DNA of 64,000 bases, taken from assembly GCA_903893545.1 (NCBI GenBank), contig CAITMJ010000009.1:217853-281852 (forward strand), read 5' to 3'. The stretch is from an uncultured Chlamydiae bacterium. GTDB lineage: Bacteria; Chlamydiota; Chlamydiia; Chlamydiales; SM23-39. Under the pieces are notes generated by a model. It did no database searches, was not told the origin of the DNA, and saw nothing but the letters and a program-made list of their open reading frames with translations. This document shows positions 37,530 through 47,362 of the stretch, one piece after another. Position 1 is the stretch's first letter, and the number at the start of each line of letters is the position of its first letter. The position numbers and the translations under genes were made by a program.

Positions 37530-38432
37530 TTAATATTTTCCAGCAGCTCGAAAAAGGCGATTCATGAGAGCCTCATCACTTTCTGAAATCGAGTCGAGAA
37601 GGACCCAGATCGTCTCCACTCCCCTTCTGTCAGCCTCTCTTAAAGAAGCATATAATGACCGGGCAGAGAGCGTTCCAAGTTCCCTCGACAAGACAGTTCC
37701 CGCCTCTACCGGAAGGTGTTTTACAATTTGAATCGTCGCCTTTGGCGCGTAATGCCGATACTTCATTCCAGGAGAGGGCGCAGGATCTTCTTTTCGAGGA
37801 AGCGCGACCTTTATCTGTAAAACATCTTCGATTTGCTCTTTTGTCACAGCGCCTGGACGAAAAAGAGTCGGAACGTCGTGCACTAAGCTCAAAACCGTCG
37901 ATTCGATCCCCACCTCACAAGGCCCCCCATCTAAAACCGCCCGTAGAGAGCCGTTAAAATCTTCTAAAACGTGCTGAACAGTCGTAGGGCTCGGCCTGCC
38001 GGAGATATTCGCAGAAGGGGCAACAAGTGGCTCCCCTACCGATTCGATGAGTTTGAGCGCTATCGGGTGAGAGGGCATTCTGACGGCAATGGTCGAAAAG
38101 CCAGCGGAAACGAGCGAAGAGACCTTCTCTTTTTTCCGGACGATCATAGCCAGAGGGCCTGGCCAAAAGACGCGACTTAGACGCGCAAAAGAATCGGGGA
38201 TCTCTTCAGCGATCAGTTCAAGCATCTCGATTGAGGAAATATGCGCAATTAGCGGGTTATCTTGGGGCCTTTTCTTTAAGGCGAATATCTTTTTGACCGC
38301 TTCTTCGCAAAAAATCGGGGCCGCCAGACCATAGACAGTTTCTGTCGGGATAGCTACCGGCTCACCTTGCTTGAGGAAAAAAACTGCTTCCTCGATCTGA
38401 TCTTCTTTTAATACAATTGTGCTCATCGGCAA
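37530..38432 (-). CDS. sua5: L-threonylcarbamoyladenylate synthase (Sua5/TsaC)
   Basis: PTETVYGL, KKRPQDNPLIAH, APSANISG, SPGMKYRHYAP. Confidence 0.93.
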   Translation of the reverse strand: MPMSTIVLKEDQIEEAVFFLKQGEPVAIPTETVYGLAAPIFCEEAVKKIFALKKRPQDNPLIAHISSIEMLELIAEEIPDSFARLSRVFWPGPLAMIVRKKEKVSSLVSAGFSTIAVRMPSHPIALKLIESVGEPLVAPSANISGRPSPTTVQHVLEDFNGSLRAVLDGGPCEVGIESTVLSLVHDVPTLFRPGAVTKEQIEDVLQIKVALPRKEDPAPSPGMKYRHYAPKATIQIVKHLPVEAGTVLSRELGTLSARSLYASLREADRRGVETIWVLLDSISESDEALMNRLFRAAGKY

Positions 38433-38537
38433 ATACTATAGCTATTTCCCCCTCTTCCTCGCCAGACCTTACTTCAAAAGTTATAGAAAAAAATTGAACT
38501 TTTGGATAGGATTTCCGCTTTTGACAAAAGAGGAATC

Positions 38538-38867
38538 ATGTTTAAAAAAAGCACCTGTTGGATTGTTCTATTGTATGGGCTATTGCTCATCGCTATTGGT
38601 TTAGAAGCTTATGTAAAAAAACACAGCTTAGTCTCGCTTCTTTCTGGAGGGAGTCTCGGTTTTCTTATCTCTCTTTCTGCTGCAGCTCTTTTTGCGCAAA
38701 AGAAAATGGGGGTCTATCTTTCAATCGGCCTTCTGATCCTGACGACTGCGGTCTTCGCTGTACGCTATGCAGTTTCTCATAGCACCACTCCAGCCCTTCT
38801 TTGCATCTTAAGCGGCGGAGTGCTCCTTTTTCTCTTAGTCCAAAGCGTACGATGGAGAAATCGATGA
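38538..38867 (+). CDS. TMEM14-like small membrane protein
   Basis: YGLLL..G...YVKKHSLVSLLSG; 4 helices. Confidence 0.7.
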   Translation: MFKKSTCWIVLLYGLLLIAIGLEAYVKKHSLVSLLSGGSLGFLISLSAAALFAQKKMGVYLSIGLLILTTAVFAVRYAVSHSTTPALLCILSGGVLLFLLVQSVRWRNR

Positions 38868-39091
38868 CAGCCATAGAACGGCGTTGCCTTTTTAGGGCCC
38901 AAGAGGGTGGGGAGGAGCCTCCTCTATTGACCTTAGATGACCTCGCCAATGAAGTTGGGCAGGCAGCTTTAGATAGGTTCCGCATGTATAATCCTCAGCG
39001 AATTTCGCCCAAGCAACCTCGTCCTCGGATCATTTTTGCGCCTCAGCTTGCTACGATCAAGGAAGTCAATGAAGAGGAAGGTGAGCTTTAG
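38864..39091 (+). CDS. Small hypothetical protein
   Basis: ATGA overlap with the upstream gene; 75 aa. Confidence 0.4.
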   Translation: MTAIERRCLFRAQEGGEEPPLLTLDDLANEVGQAALDRFRMYNPQRISPKQPRPRIIFAPQLATIKEVNEEEGEL

Positions 39092-39767
39092 GGAGTAACT
39101 TTTTTAACGCCCCTTGTATCGAATTGAAATAGAAGTATTCCAGGTCTTTTAGATCGGGATTGTCTCGATAGACCGTCCAGCCCTGGTTTGTTTGAAGAAG
39201 CAGCACTTCTGATATGCTGCTATGCATGCCTTTGATTGTTATGAGATAAGGAGTTATGTCCATTTGATTCGATTGAGCAAGAGCTTCGGCCATTGTTTGA
39301 GTAATTGTATCTGGATATCGTAAAAGATAAGTTCCATAAGGCTGATCGAATAACTTCTCTTCTGCTTTAAATCGGTTAATTTTCCCTTTCCAACCGGGAA
39401 GTTCTTCAATCTTTTCTAAAGAAGCTAATAGATTGATCTTGGAAAGACTCTCTAGAGCAGTCTCCTCTGGATGTAAGCTCGTAATGAGGTTTAGAGCTTC
39501 TAATGTCTCAGTCATAATGCGCCAGGCGACCGGCTCGAGTTCTGAGGATTTTAAAGGCTCATCTCTTTCATTCTTAGCGGCAAAGTGCGCAAGGCTATCT
39601 ACCTGAATGTGAATTTCGCGCCACGGGTCAGCCGGATGAAAAAGAGCCTTGTCTTGGAACTGGATGGCTCCTGTTTTTCGATTGAGAAGCACCTTTTTAG
39701 ACTTTAATAGGTTATCTTTGATTTGAAGAATGTTATTGAGTACTTCTTTTCGAGTGATCCGAATCAT
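39066..39767 (-). CDS. Protein with C-terminal SH2-like domain
   Basis: WKGKINRFKAEEKL.DQPYGTYLLR..PYLITI..YFNSIQGAL..LPL follows the SH2 consensus. Confidence 0.75.
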   Translation of the reverse strand: MIRITRKEVLNNILQIKDNLLKSKKVLLNRKTGAIQFQDKALFHPADPWREIHIQVDSLAHFAAKNERDEPLKSSELEPVAWRIMTETLEALNLITSLHPEETALESLSKINLLASLEKIEELPGWKGKINRFKAEEKLFDQPYGTYLLRYPDTITQTMAEALAQSNQMDITPYLITIKGMHSSISEVLLLQTNQGWTVYRDNPDLKDLEYFYFNSIQGALKKLLPKAHLPLH

Positions 39768-39781
39768 AGTAAAAACCTACA

Positions 39782-39820
39782 TAAATAAAAAAATCGAGCA
39801 GGCCAGTGGCGCTGCTCGAT
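39782..39820 (-). terminator. Rho-independent terminator after the histone-like gene
   Basis: ATCGAGCAG/CTGCTCGAT stem (39793-39820) followed by a T-tract on the minus strand. Confidence 0.8.
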
Positions 39821-39845
39821 CCCTAATTACCTAAGCCCAAAGCGA

Positions 39846-40064
39846 TTACTCTTGAACCAAAACGGCTGCAGCAGCAGCGGATTTGTGGTGAGCTTTTCGG
39901 CGAGTTTTTCTTTTTGCTTTTTTGTGGACTTTTTTCGCTTTGCGTTTTGTAGCTTTGCGCTTTGTGCCTTTGCGGGCTTTGCGTTTTGTAGCTTTGCGGG
40001 CTTTGGTTTTGCGAACGGCTTTCTTATGGCCTTTTTTCGCAGCTTTTCTTTTGCGTTTGATCAT
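39846..40064 (-). CDS. hctB: Lys/Arg/Ala-rich histone-like protein (Hc2-like)
   Basis: KRKAT/KRKAR pentapeptide repeats; AAGGAG SD; own terminator. Confidence 0.7.
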   Translation of the reverse strand: MIKRKRKAAKKGHKKAVRKTKARKATKRKARKGTKRKATKRKAKKVHKKAKRKTRRKAHHKSAAAAAVLVQE

Positions 40065-40451
40065 GATGTTTCTCCTTGTTTTGTAAGAGTTAGAGTTTCT
40101 TCGTGTAAAACTCTTCTCGAGTTCTTACCTACAGCGGACCTTCCGCACTCTATCTGCCTTACAATCCTTAATATATATTATTTTAATAATAAAAACAAAC
40201 ACATACTAATTTTATTTTCAAATTTTCTAAAAAATGAAAAATCAAAAAACCGATTCAGAATGTACTGTGAAGGCATTTTTTTGAATCGATGACGTTGCAT
40301 TAAAAAAAATTATTCAACTAATTTTTCAACAAACAAAACATTCAGACATTCTGAAAAACATAAACATTTACAAATAAACAAGTTATATTTAATTTGACAT
40401 TATTAAAACACTGATTGTCAATTAATTGCGGAATGCAGTATTTTGGAGCGC

Positions 40452-41705
40452 ATGCACACACCGCTATATGAAAAAATGCGACCAAAATCTCTGCAAGAGA
40501 TCGCAGGTCAAGATCATCTTCTCGGAAAAGAGGGATTTCTCACGAGAATTTGCCAAACACAAAAACCGGTTTCTCTCCTTTTATTCGGCCCTCCAGGGTG
40601 CGGCAAAACCACGATTGCAAGGGTCTATGCAAGCGCATTTAACCTTCCGTTCATCTCTCTAACCGGCGTTTTGCAGACGACAGCCGACCTGAAAAAAATC
40701 TTGAAAGAAGGGGAAACGATGCCCCTTTTTAAACGGCAGATTATCCTCTTTTTTGATGAAATTCACCGATTAAACCGCGCCCAGCAAGACATCTTTCTCC
40801 CCTTTTTAGAAGATGGGTCTTTGATTCTTGTCGGAGCGACTACAGAAAACCCCTCCTTTGCCCTCAATAATGCCCTTCTCTCTCGACTCCGCGTATTGAA
40901 CTTGAACTCCCTTTCCAATGAATCACTCAGGCTTATTTTGCAGCGCTACGAACAAAAACAGGCCCCTCTACCGATCACAGACAATGCCCGCGAGTTTCTC
41001 TTCTCTCTTTCGCAAGGAGACGCCAGACATCTTCTCAATCTCATCGAGACAATCGAAGGGCTTCCGAAAGGAAAAACCTATGACGTGACCGATCTGGCCA
41101 TTCACCTACAAAAGCGACCAGCTCTTTACGACAAAGATCGAGAGGGGCACTACAATCTCATCTCAGCTCTTCATAAATCGGTTCGCGGATCAGATCCAGA
41201 CGCTGCGCTTTATTGGCTCGCCAGGATGTTAGATGGAGGCGAAGAGCCACTTTTTATCGCTAGGCGCATCGTTCGGATGGCGACGGAAGACGTCGGCCTT
41301 GCTGACCCTCAAGCCCTTACAGTTGCTTTAGCCGCTTACCAAACGTATGAGCTCCTCGGTTCACCGGAAGGAGAGCTCGCGCTGGCTCAAGCGATCATCT
41401 ATCTCGCTTTAGCCCCTAAAAGCAACGCCACTTATATCGCCTATGGAAAATGCAAAGAAGCCGCTGCAGAAAGCGGTCATCTCAATCCCCCAAAAATCAT
41501 TCTCAACGCCCCTACCGATCTGATGAAAGAAATGGGTTATAGCGATGGGTATATCTATGATCACGACACTCCTCAAGGCTTCTCCGGGCAAGATTACTTC
41601 CCTCCTGGGATGGTCAAAAGGTCCTTTTATACTCCCGTCGAAAGAGGATTTGAGCGCGAGATGAAAAAGAGACTCGAATACTTCGCTCGCCTTAAAAATC
41701 TTTGA
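40452..41705 (+). CDS. rarA: Replication-associated recombination protein A
   Basis: GPPGCGKTT, DEIHRLNRAQQD, GATTENPSF, ISALHKSVRGSD. Confidence 0.95.
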   Translation: MHTPLYEKMRPKSLQEIAGQDHLLGKEGFLTRICQTQKPVSLLLFGPPGCGKTTIARVYASAFNLPFISLTGVLQTTADLKKILKEGETMPLFKRQIILFFDEIHRLNRAQQDIFLPFLEDGSLILVGATTENPSFALNNALLSRLRVLNLNSLSNESLRLILQRYEQKQAPLPITDNAREFLFSLSQGDARHLLNLIETIEGLPKGKTYDVTDLAIHLQKRPALYDKDREGHYNLISALHKSVRGSDPDAALYWLARMLDGGEEPLFIARRIVRMATEDVGLADPQALTVALAAYQTYELLGSPEGELALAQAIIYLALAPKSNATYIAYGKCKEAAAESGHLNPPKIILNAPTDLMKEMGYSDGYIYDHDTPQGFSGQDYFPPGMVKRSFYTPVERGFEREMKKRLEYFARLKNL

Positions 41706-41749
41706 GATTTCTTTTCATTTTAACCACGCTAAAGACTATACTTTGAACC

Positions 41750-43141
41750 ATGCTAGAACTGACCTCACCCAGAAAAAACAGAATCAACTTTGCCGATTAC
41801 AATAGCGCCCAAGATATTGAAAATCGGATTGTCCTTTCCGATTTTTCCCCATTCGACCTTGAAGTTCTTGAAGAAATTCTTTTTAGCCCCCTGAAGATTT
41901 CTTTAAAAAAGCTCGCTCGCAACCTCGAGACTGTTGATGCTGCCCTATCCCCGATTTTAGAAAAGCTGACCAAAGGCGGCCTATTGACGGTCCTAGACGA
42001 CTCGATCGTCGTCGATAAGGACATGCGCAAGTACTTTGAGTTTCAGGTGCAGAGGTTCGACCCTTCATTCAAGCCCGATTTAGAGTTTTTGCAAGCCCTT
42101 TTGCGGAAAGTCCCAATCCATGTTCTTCCAACATGGTATTCCATCCCCCGCTCTTCGAATAATATTTTTGAATCGATCGTTGAAAAACACCTCCTTACCC
42201 CGCAAATTTTTCAGCGCTACCTCACTGATCTGAACCTCAACGACCCGATTGCGCAAGGGATCGTAAAGGACCTCTTCTCCGCTCCCGATTTCCGCATCTC
42301 ATCGAGCGATCTCATCGCTAAATACAACCTCGTCCGACGCTCTTTCGAAGAGATCATGCTTCTCTTGGAGTTTAGCTTCACCTGCTCGATTCGCTATGTC
42401 AAAGAAAATGACCACTGGCTAGAGATCGTCACGCCTCTTCATGAATGGCACCAGTACCTTCTCTTTCTTAAGGAGACAGAAAGTCCCGTGATCGATAAGG
42501 CTTCTCCGATCAAGCGCGCACGGAAAACAGACTTTGCCTTCATTGAAGAGATGACCGCCGTGCTGACCTATTTGCAAAAACAGCCCGAACCTCTAGATGG
42601 TGCACTCACAGAGAAATTAGCCGCTGTCTGCAAAATTCCTCACGATGCAAAAGCGATGACGCATCTGATCGAAAAGCTCTGCCTGATCAAACTTGCCGGA
42701 AAAAGTAATGGCCGCCTTTATGCTCTAGACTCTGCCAATGATTTCCTCGATCTTCGAGTCGATAATCGAGCTCTTTACCTCTATCGCCACTCGCTTAACC
42801 GGATCCTCTGCCCTTCTGTTCCCACTGAACTCATGCTGGAAAGGCATATCCGCGAAGCGGAAAAAGCGATCAAGCGAGTCCTTCATGGAGGATGGGTTTT
42901 CTTTGATGACTTCATCAAGGGAGTGACTGTCTCGCTGAATGAAAATTCTGTCATTATGCTCAAACGAGTGGGAAAGCACTGGAAATACACCCTCCCCACC
43001 TATCAGGAATCTGAACGCGCCCTCATTAAGGCAACCATTTTTGAATGGTTGTTTGAAGCCGGCATCGTCGCCATCGGCACGTTGGATGGGCGCGATTGCT
43101 TCTCCGTAACCCCTTTTGGTTGCTTTTTCTTCGAGGATTGA
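41750..43141 (+). CDS. Hypothetical protein, probably conserved in Chlamydiae
   Basis: 463-aa ORF within the rarA-terC-smpB run. Confidence 0.75.
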   Translation: MLELTSPRKNRINFADYNSAQDIENRIVLSDFSPFDLEVLEEILFSPLKISLKKLARNLETVDAALSPILEKLTKGGLLTVLDDSIVVDKDMRKYFEFQVQRFDPSFKPDLEFLQALLRKVPIHVLPTWYSIPRSSNNIFESIVEKHLLTPQIFQRYLTDLNLNDPIAQGIVKDLFSAPDFRISSSDLIAKYNLVRRSFEEIMLLLEFSFTCSIRYVKENDHWLEIVTPLHEWHQYLLFLKETESPVIDKASPIKRARKTDFAFIEEMTAVLTYLQKQPEPLDGALTEKLAAVCKIPHDAKAMTHLIEKLCLIKLAGKSNGRLYALDSANDFLDLRVDNRALYLYRHSLNRILCPSVPTELMLERHIREAEKAIKRVLHGGWVFFDDFIKGVTVSLNENSVIMLKRVGKHWKYTLPTYQESERALIKATIFEWLFEAGIVAIGTLDGRDCFSVTPFGCFFFED

Positions 43142-43154
43142 TTATTTATAAATC

Positions 43155-43814
43155 ATGCTCGGACAGACCTTTGATCTTATCGATATTCCAAGGCTCCTCG
43201 CTCTCTCCCTTCTAGAAATCGTCCTTTCAGCCGATAACGCGATCGTTTTAGGTGTCTTAAGTAACGCCCTGCCCCCATTTTTACGCCGCCGCGCCCTCTA
43301 CATCGGCGCCCTTTCCGCTTTTATTTCCCGCGCTGCAGCGATCTTTTTTGTCTCTTTGATCCTCCATTCTCTTTGGATTGAACTCCTTGGAGCTGCGTAT
43401 CTTATCTATCTATCGATCCACCATTTTTTCAAAAAAAAAGAGCCCTTAAATATCTCTCCCTCCTCTTTTTGGAAAACAGTTCTTTTGATCGAGCTATTCG
43501 ACTTTGCCTTTGCCATCGATTCGATCATCGCGGGCGTCGCCTTTATCGCAACTCCAAGCGGTCTTACTTCCAAACTCTGGATCGTCTATGCCGGTGGTAT
43601 GATCGGTCTTCTTTTCATCCGCTACGCGGCGGACCTCTTTAGCCGGCTGATCGACCATCTTCCCCGACTCGAGACCAGCGCCTACCTTCTCGTCGGCCTC
43701 ATCGGCCTGAAACTCGCATTGACCTCTATAGTCTCTGGACTGGAATACTTTTTCTGGGCTGCGTTCCTAATCATCCTAGGCTTTGGCTTTAAAAGACCCA
43801 AAGCGATAAAATAA
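43155..43814 (+). CDS. TerC family membrane protein
   Basis: [10 protein letters not shown] and FAFAIDSI motifs. Confidence 0.88.
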   Translation: MLGQTFDLIDIPRLLALSLLEIVLSADNAIVLGVLSNALPPFLRRRALYIGALSAFISRAAAIFFVSLILHSLWIELLGAAYLIYLSIHHFFKKKEPLNISPSSFWKTVLLIELFDFAFAIDSIIAGVAFIATPSGLTSKLWIVYAGGMIGLLFIRYAADLFSRLIDHLPRLETSAYLLVGLIGLKLALTSIVSGLEYFFWAAFLIILGFGFKRPKAIK

Positions 43815-43818
43815 GTGC

Positions 43819-44283
43819 ATGAGCAAAGAAAAATTCAATCCAGAACTCGTCTCCAACCGCAAGGCCGGACACGATTACGAAATCTTAGAGACCTTTGAGG
43901 CCGGCATCGTCCTCGTCGGCACTGAGATTAAGTCGCTCCGCAATCACGGCGGAACGCTACAGGATGCTTTTGTCGATGTTCGAGGCTCTAGTCTTTGGCT
44001 ATTAAACGCCGGGATCGCCCCCTATTCTTTTGGCAATATCCACAACCATGAAGAGCGGCGAGAACGAAGACTTTTAATGCACAAGCGAGAGATCGAAAAA
44101 CTACGCCGCTTAAAAGCGGAAAAAGGACTTCAAATCATTCCCCTTTCCATGTTTCTCAATAAAAAGGGAATCGTCAAGGTGCGGATCGCCACGGCAAAAG
44201 GGAAAAAAGCATACGATAAACGCGCTGCTCTTAAAGAGAGAGAAGATGCTCGTTCGATCGAACGAGCCCTGAAAGACACCTAA
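43819..44283 (+). CDS. smpB: SsrA-binding protein
   Basis: [32 protein letters not shown]. Confidence 0.97.
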   Translation: MSKEKFNPELVSNRKAGHDYEILETFEAGIVLVGTEIKSLRNHGGTLQDAFVDVRGSSLWLLNAGIAPYSFGNIHNHEERRERRLLMHKREIEKLRRLKAEKGLQIIPLSMFLNKKGIVKVRIATAKGKKAYDKRAALKEREDARSIERALKDT

Positions 44284-44358
44284 CCCACTTTGCTATTATG
44301 TCCTCCTCCTTCGGACCGCTTGCGCTCTTTGTCACTTATTTGCTTAGTGGGTTAGTAG

Positions 44359-44386
44359 TTGACAACACCCTCTTATTTATCATACT
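44359..44386 (+). promoter_or_regulatory. Candidate sigma66 promoter for dnaN-recF
   Basis: TTGACA-N16-CATACT, 31 nt upstream of the dnaN ATG. Confidence 0.4.
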
Positions 44387-44417
44387 TTTGATCTAAAATT
44401 TCAATTTAGGAGCATGC

Positions 44418-45551
44418 ATGAAAGCGGTCATCTCAAAATCCGATCTTGTCACTATGATCGGTCGAATCCAAAGCATTGTCGCATCAAAACCGGCGATCCC
44501 TATTTTAGCAAATATCTTGATCGAAGCGATGGATGACCAAGTGATCATAAGTGCCACTGATTTGATGGTGAGCATGCGCTGCTTTATGGAAGCAAAAGTA
44601 ATCGAAGAGGGCGCGATTTCTCTACCGGGAAAAAAGCTTTTTCAACTGATTCGAGAATTGACCTCTCCCCAAATCAAAATCTCCGCTTCAACGAGCGAAA
44701 TCGCAGAGATCACAACCGGCTCGTCAGTCTTTAAAATCAACGGCATGAATAAGGCGGAGTTTCCTGCGCTGCCAGATTTAAACAATTTACCGGAAATCAC
44801 TCTCCCCTCTTCTGCCCTAAAAGAGATGCTCTCAAAGACCGCATTTTCCGCAGCCAAAGAAGATAGCCGCTACATGCTCAATGGTGTTCAGTTTACCATT
44901 GTCGATCAAAAGATCTCCTTCATCGGAACCGATGGCAAGCGTTTGGCCAAAGCCTCGACCTCTTGCAGCGCAGACCGCCAGCTCCGCGGCCAACATGTCA
45001 TTCCTCTAAAAGCCGTCGAAGAGATGATCAAAATTCTAGACGATAGCGACACCCCTGTGAACATCTCCTTAGCTCCCGATAAAATCGCCCTTGAAGCGGG
45101 ATCTCAAACCCTCATCGCCAAGTTGTTATCTGGACAATTTCCCGATGTAGAGCGGGTGATTCCTTCAAACTTGATCCACCAGTTTGCCATTCATCGAGAA
45201 GAGCTGATGGCGCTCCTTCGCCAAATCTCACTTTTTACCTCAGAGAGCAGCAACTCCGTACGCTTCTCCTTTGAGACTGGCCAGCTTCACCTCTCAGCGA
45301 CTAGCACCGATATCGGCGAGGGCAAAGTGAGCATGCCCGTCGATTTTGCCGGCGCCCGCTTTGATATCGCTTTTAACCCCTATTACCTCCTCGATATCTT
45401 GCGCCACACAAAAGACGAAACAGTCCGCATTGGGCTCAACGATTCGCATAACCCAGGTCTCATCACAGATTCGACAAGCGCCCTTTTTGTCATCATGCCG
45501 ATGCGCCTGAACGAAACGACTGCCCAAAAATCGGCTGAAGCTACCGTGTGA
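44418..45551 (+). CDS. dnaN: DNA polymerase III beta clamp
   Basis: PILANILI, ATDL, GTDGKRL, VIMPMRL. Confidence 0.97.
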   Translation: MKAVISKSDLVTMIGRIQSIVASKPAIPILANILIEAMDDQVIISATDLMVSMRCFMEAKVIEEGAISLPGKKLFQLIRELTSPQIKISASTSEIAEITTGSSVFKINGMNKAEFPALPDLNNLPEITLPSSALKEMLSKTAFSAAKEDSRYMLNGVQFTIVDQKISFIGTDGKRLAKASTSCSADRQLRGQHVIPLKAVEEMIKILDDSDTPVNISLAPDKIALEAGSQTLIAKLLSGQFPDVERVIPSNLIHQFAIHREELMALLRQISLFTSESSNSVRFSFETGQLHLSATSTDIGEGKVSMPVDFAGARFDIAFNPYYLLDILRHTKDETVRIGLNDSHNPGLITDSTSALFVIMPMRLNETTAQKSAEATV

Positions 45552-46618
45552 TGAATCTAAAGTCTCTTTACCTCCGCAACTTTCGGAATTACCCGGAAGC
45601 GGAAGTGCACTTTTCTCCACAGATGAACGTGCTCTATGGGGAAAATGCGCAAGGGAAAACAAATCTCTTAGAAGCGATCTACCTCATTGCAACGGGGCGC
45701 TCGTTTCGGACCCCCTATTTACGCGAACTGATCCGCGAAGGGGAGACATTTTTCTTTTTAGAAGCGATCATTTCTAAAGAGGGCTTTGACCATACAGTCC
45801 AAATCGCCTTTGACGGCCACATCAAAAAACTCACTCTCGATGGGAACGTCTACGGCTCGCTCCAACATTTGCTCGGTCTTTTGCCATCTGTCCTCCATAC
45901 CCCGTGGGATAGCGAAATCGTCGACGGCTCCCCCGCTATTCGCCGTCGATTTCTCAATTTACATCTGGCGCAAAAAGATCCCCTCTACATCCATCATCTC
46001 ACCCGTTATTGGCGCGCGATGAAACAGCGAAACGCTCTTTTAAGAGGATCCGATACAAGCGCGATCGAATGTTGGGAAATAGAAATGGCCGACTCGGCAG
46101 CTTACCTTTGGCAAACAAGGATAGAGCTGATCGAAGCGATCAAAAAGCCTCTGGAGGTCAATGGATTTTTACTCTCTTCTAAAAAAGAGCGACATGAGAT
46201 CCGCTTTCTTCCAAGCGCAGACGCCAAGAGCTACGCCGCCCAGCTTGCAAAAAACAGGGGCCGCGAAAAACTCTTTGGATCTACCCTTTTAGGTCCCCAC
46301 CGGGACGATTTTTCCCTTTGGATCGACGAAAAGGCCGCTCGCAATTTTGCCAGTGAAGGGCAGAAGAAAACGGCCATCTTTGGACTCCGCTTGGCAGAAT
46401 GGGAACTCTTTATGAAAGTCGCCGGAATCCCTCCCCTTCTTAGCATCGATGATTTGGGATTACACCTCGATCAAACCCGCCAAGCTCTTTTCCAAAACAC
46501 TCTAAAAGCGCTCGGCCAGACGTTCATCACAACGCCCTCTCTTTTAGACCTTCCTCATGCGACCCGATTTCATATCTCGGATGGCCAGATCCTTCAAGCA
46601 TCGCAGATAGTTCATTGA
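45548..46618 (+). CDS. recF: DNA repair protein RecF
   Basis: NFRNY, GENAQGKTNLLEAI, GPHRDD, SEGQ. Confidence 0.96.
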   Translation: MMNLKSLYLRNFRNYPEAEVHFSPQMNVLYGENAQGKTNLLEAIYLIATGRSFRTPYLRELIREGETFFFLEAIISKEGFDHTVQIAFDGHIKKLTLDGNVYGSLQHLLGLLPSVLHTPWDSEIVDGSPAIRRRFLNLHLAQKDPLYIHHLTRYWRAMKQRNALLRGSDTSAIECWEIEMADSAAYLWQTRIELIEAIKKPLEVNGFLLSSKKERHEIRFLPSADAKSYAAQLAKNRGREKLFGSTLLGPHRDDFSLWIDEKAARNFASEGQKKTAIFGLRLAEWELFMKVAGIPPLLSIDDLGLHLDQTRQALFQNTLKALGQTFITTPSLLDLPHATRFHISDGQILQASQIVH

Positions 46619-47099
46619 CGTATTCTTTCATTTCTTCTTTTGAAAGCGCTTTTAGGAATTTGCCATATAGAATGCGAAGGGTAAACCCGAAGAGGCCCAT
46701 TTCCTTTTCTCGAGGAAGAAGATGAAAATGGACATGAGGGACTGATTGTCCCGCTAAAATTCCATTTTTCTGCAGAAGAACGTACTCCTTGCCGAAATGC
46801 GCTTTTTTAACTAAGGCGCTCATTTCTATGAGCTCCTCTGTAGTCAGGCCATCGAATGTCTCTACATGCCTATTTGGAATCACTAAAAGATGCCCCTTCA
46901 CGACAGGTTTATGGGTCGCTAGGATTGACGCCTTTTCCCCTCGATAGATCGTCTGACTGCCGATCACCGATTCATCGCAAAACACGCAACGGCTATCCCA
47001 TTTCGTATACAGCCAATCAGAATTTGAAAAATACCATCCTGTGACAAGAATGAATAGAATCGGGAAAATCCAAATTTTTTTAAGAATTTTTGCCATCAA
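46527..47099 (-). CDS. HIT family hydrolase with N-terminal TM anchor
   Basis: CVFC, GHLLVIP, AGQSVPHVHFHLLPR. Confidence 0.88.
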   Translation of the reverse strand: MMAKILKKIWIFPILFILVTGWYFSNSDWLYTKWDSRCVFCDESVIGSQTIYRGEKASILATHKPVVKGHLLVIPNRHVETFDGLTTEELIEMSALVKKAHFGKEYVLLQKNGILAGQSVPHVHFHLLPREKEMGLFGFTLRILYGKFLKALSKEEMKEYVNELSAMLEGSGHPRYEIGSHEEGLKERAL

Positions 47100-47201
47100 A
47101 CTGTTCTCTTAACTCTATGTAATCTCAGGCAACTCGACTCAAATTTGATTTGTTGACTATGCAAAGACAGATTTTGGTGAGTGTCACTAAGCAAGGCTGT
47201 T

Positions 47202-47342
47202 TTACGACATCTGAAACCCTTCCGAACAATAATCAATTGCTTTAATGATATTTGGATGATTTAGACATTTACTGATTTCAAATGTTCTAAACCCCTCAGC
47301 TTGGATAGTCGTTAAAATAAAGCAAAAAATAAAAATACGCAT
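47202..47342 (-). pseudogene. Possible remnant of a signal-peptide-bearing Ser/Thr kinase-like gene
   Basis: 46-aa ORF MRIFIFCFILTTIQAEGFRTFEISKCLNHPNIIKAIDY...; HPNI resembles kinase subdomain IV. Confidence 0.3.
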
Positions 47343-47362
47343 ATAGATCCAAAGCCGAAATT

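Noticed and set aside
39846-40064. Short tandem repeats (TTTGCGTTTTGTAGCTTTGCG) as a possible CRISPR or VNTR array
   Set aside because: They encode the Lys/Arg/Ala repeats of the histone-like protein; there are no unique spacers or cas genes
39852-40292. 146-aa Phe-rich ORF on the + strand
   Set aside because: Antisense shadow of the Lys-rich histone-like gene
40150-40440. AT-rich region as a possible oriC, given dnaN/recF nearby
   Set aside because: No TTATCCACA-type DnaA boxes seen and no dnaA; dif and octamer polarity point to the terminus; explained as a divergent promoter region
44281-44354. TAACCCACT/AGTGGGTTA inverted repeat after smpB as tmRNA or another ncRNA
   Set aside because: Far too short for tmRNA, no tRNA-like ends, and only a 9-bp stem with a long loop
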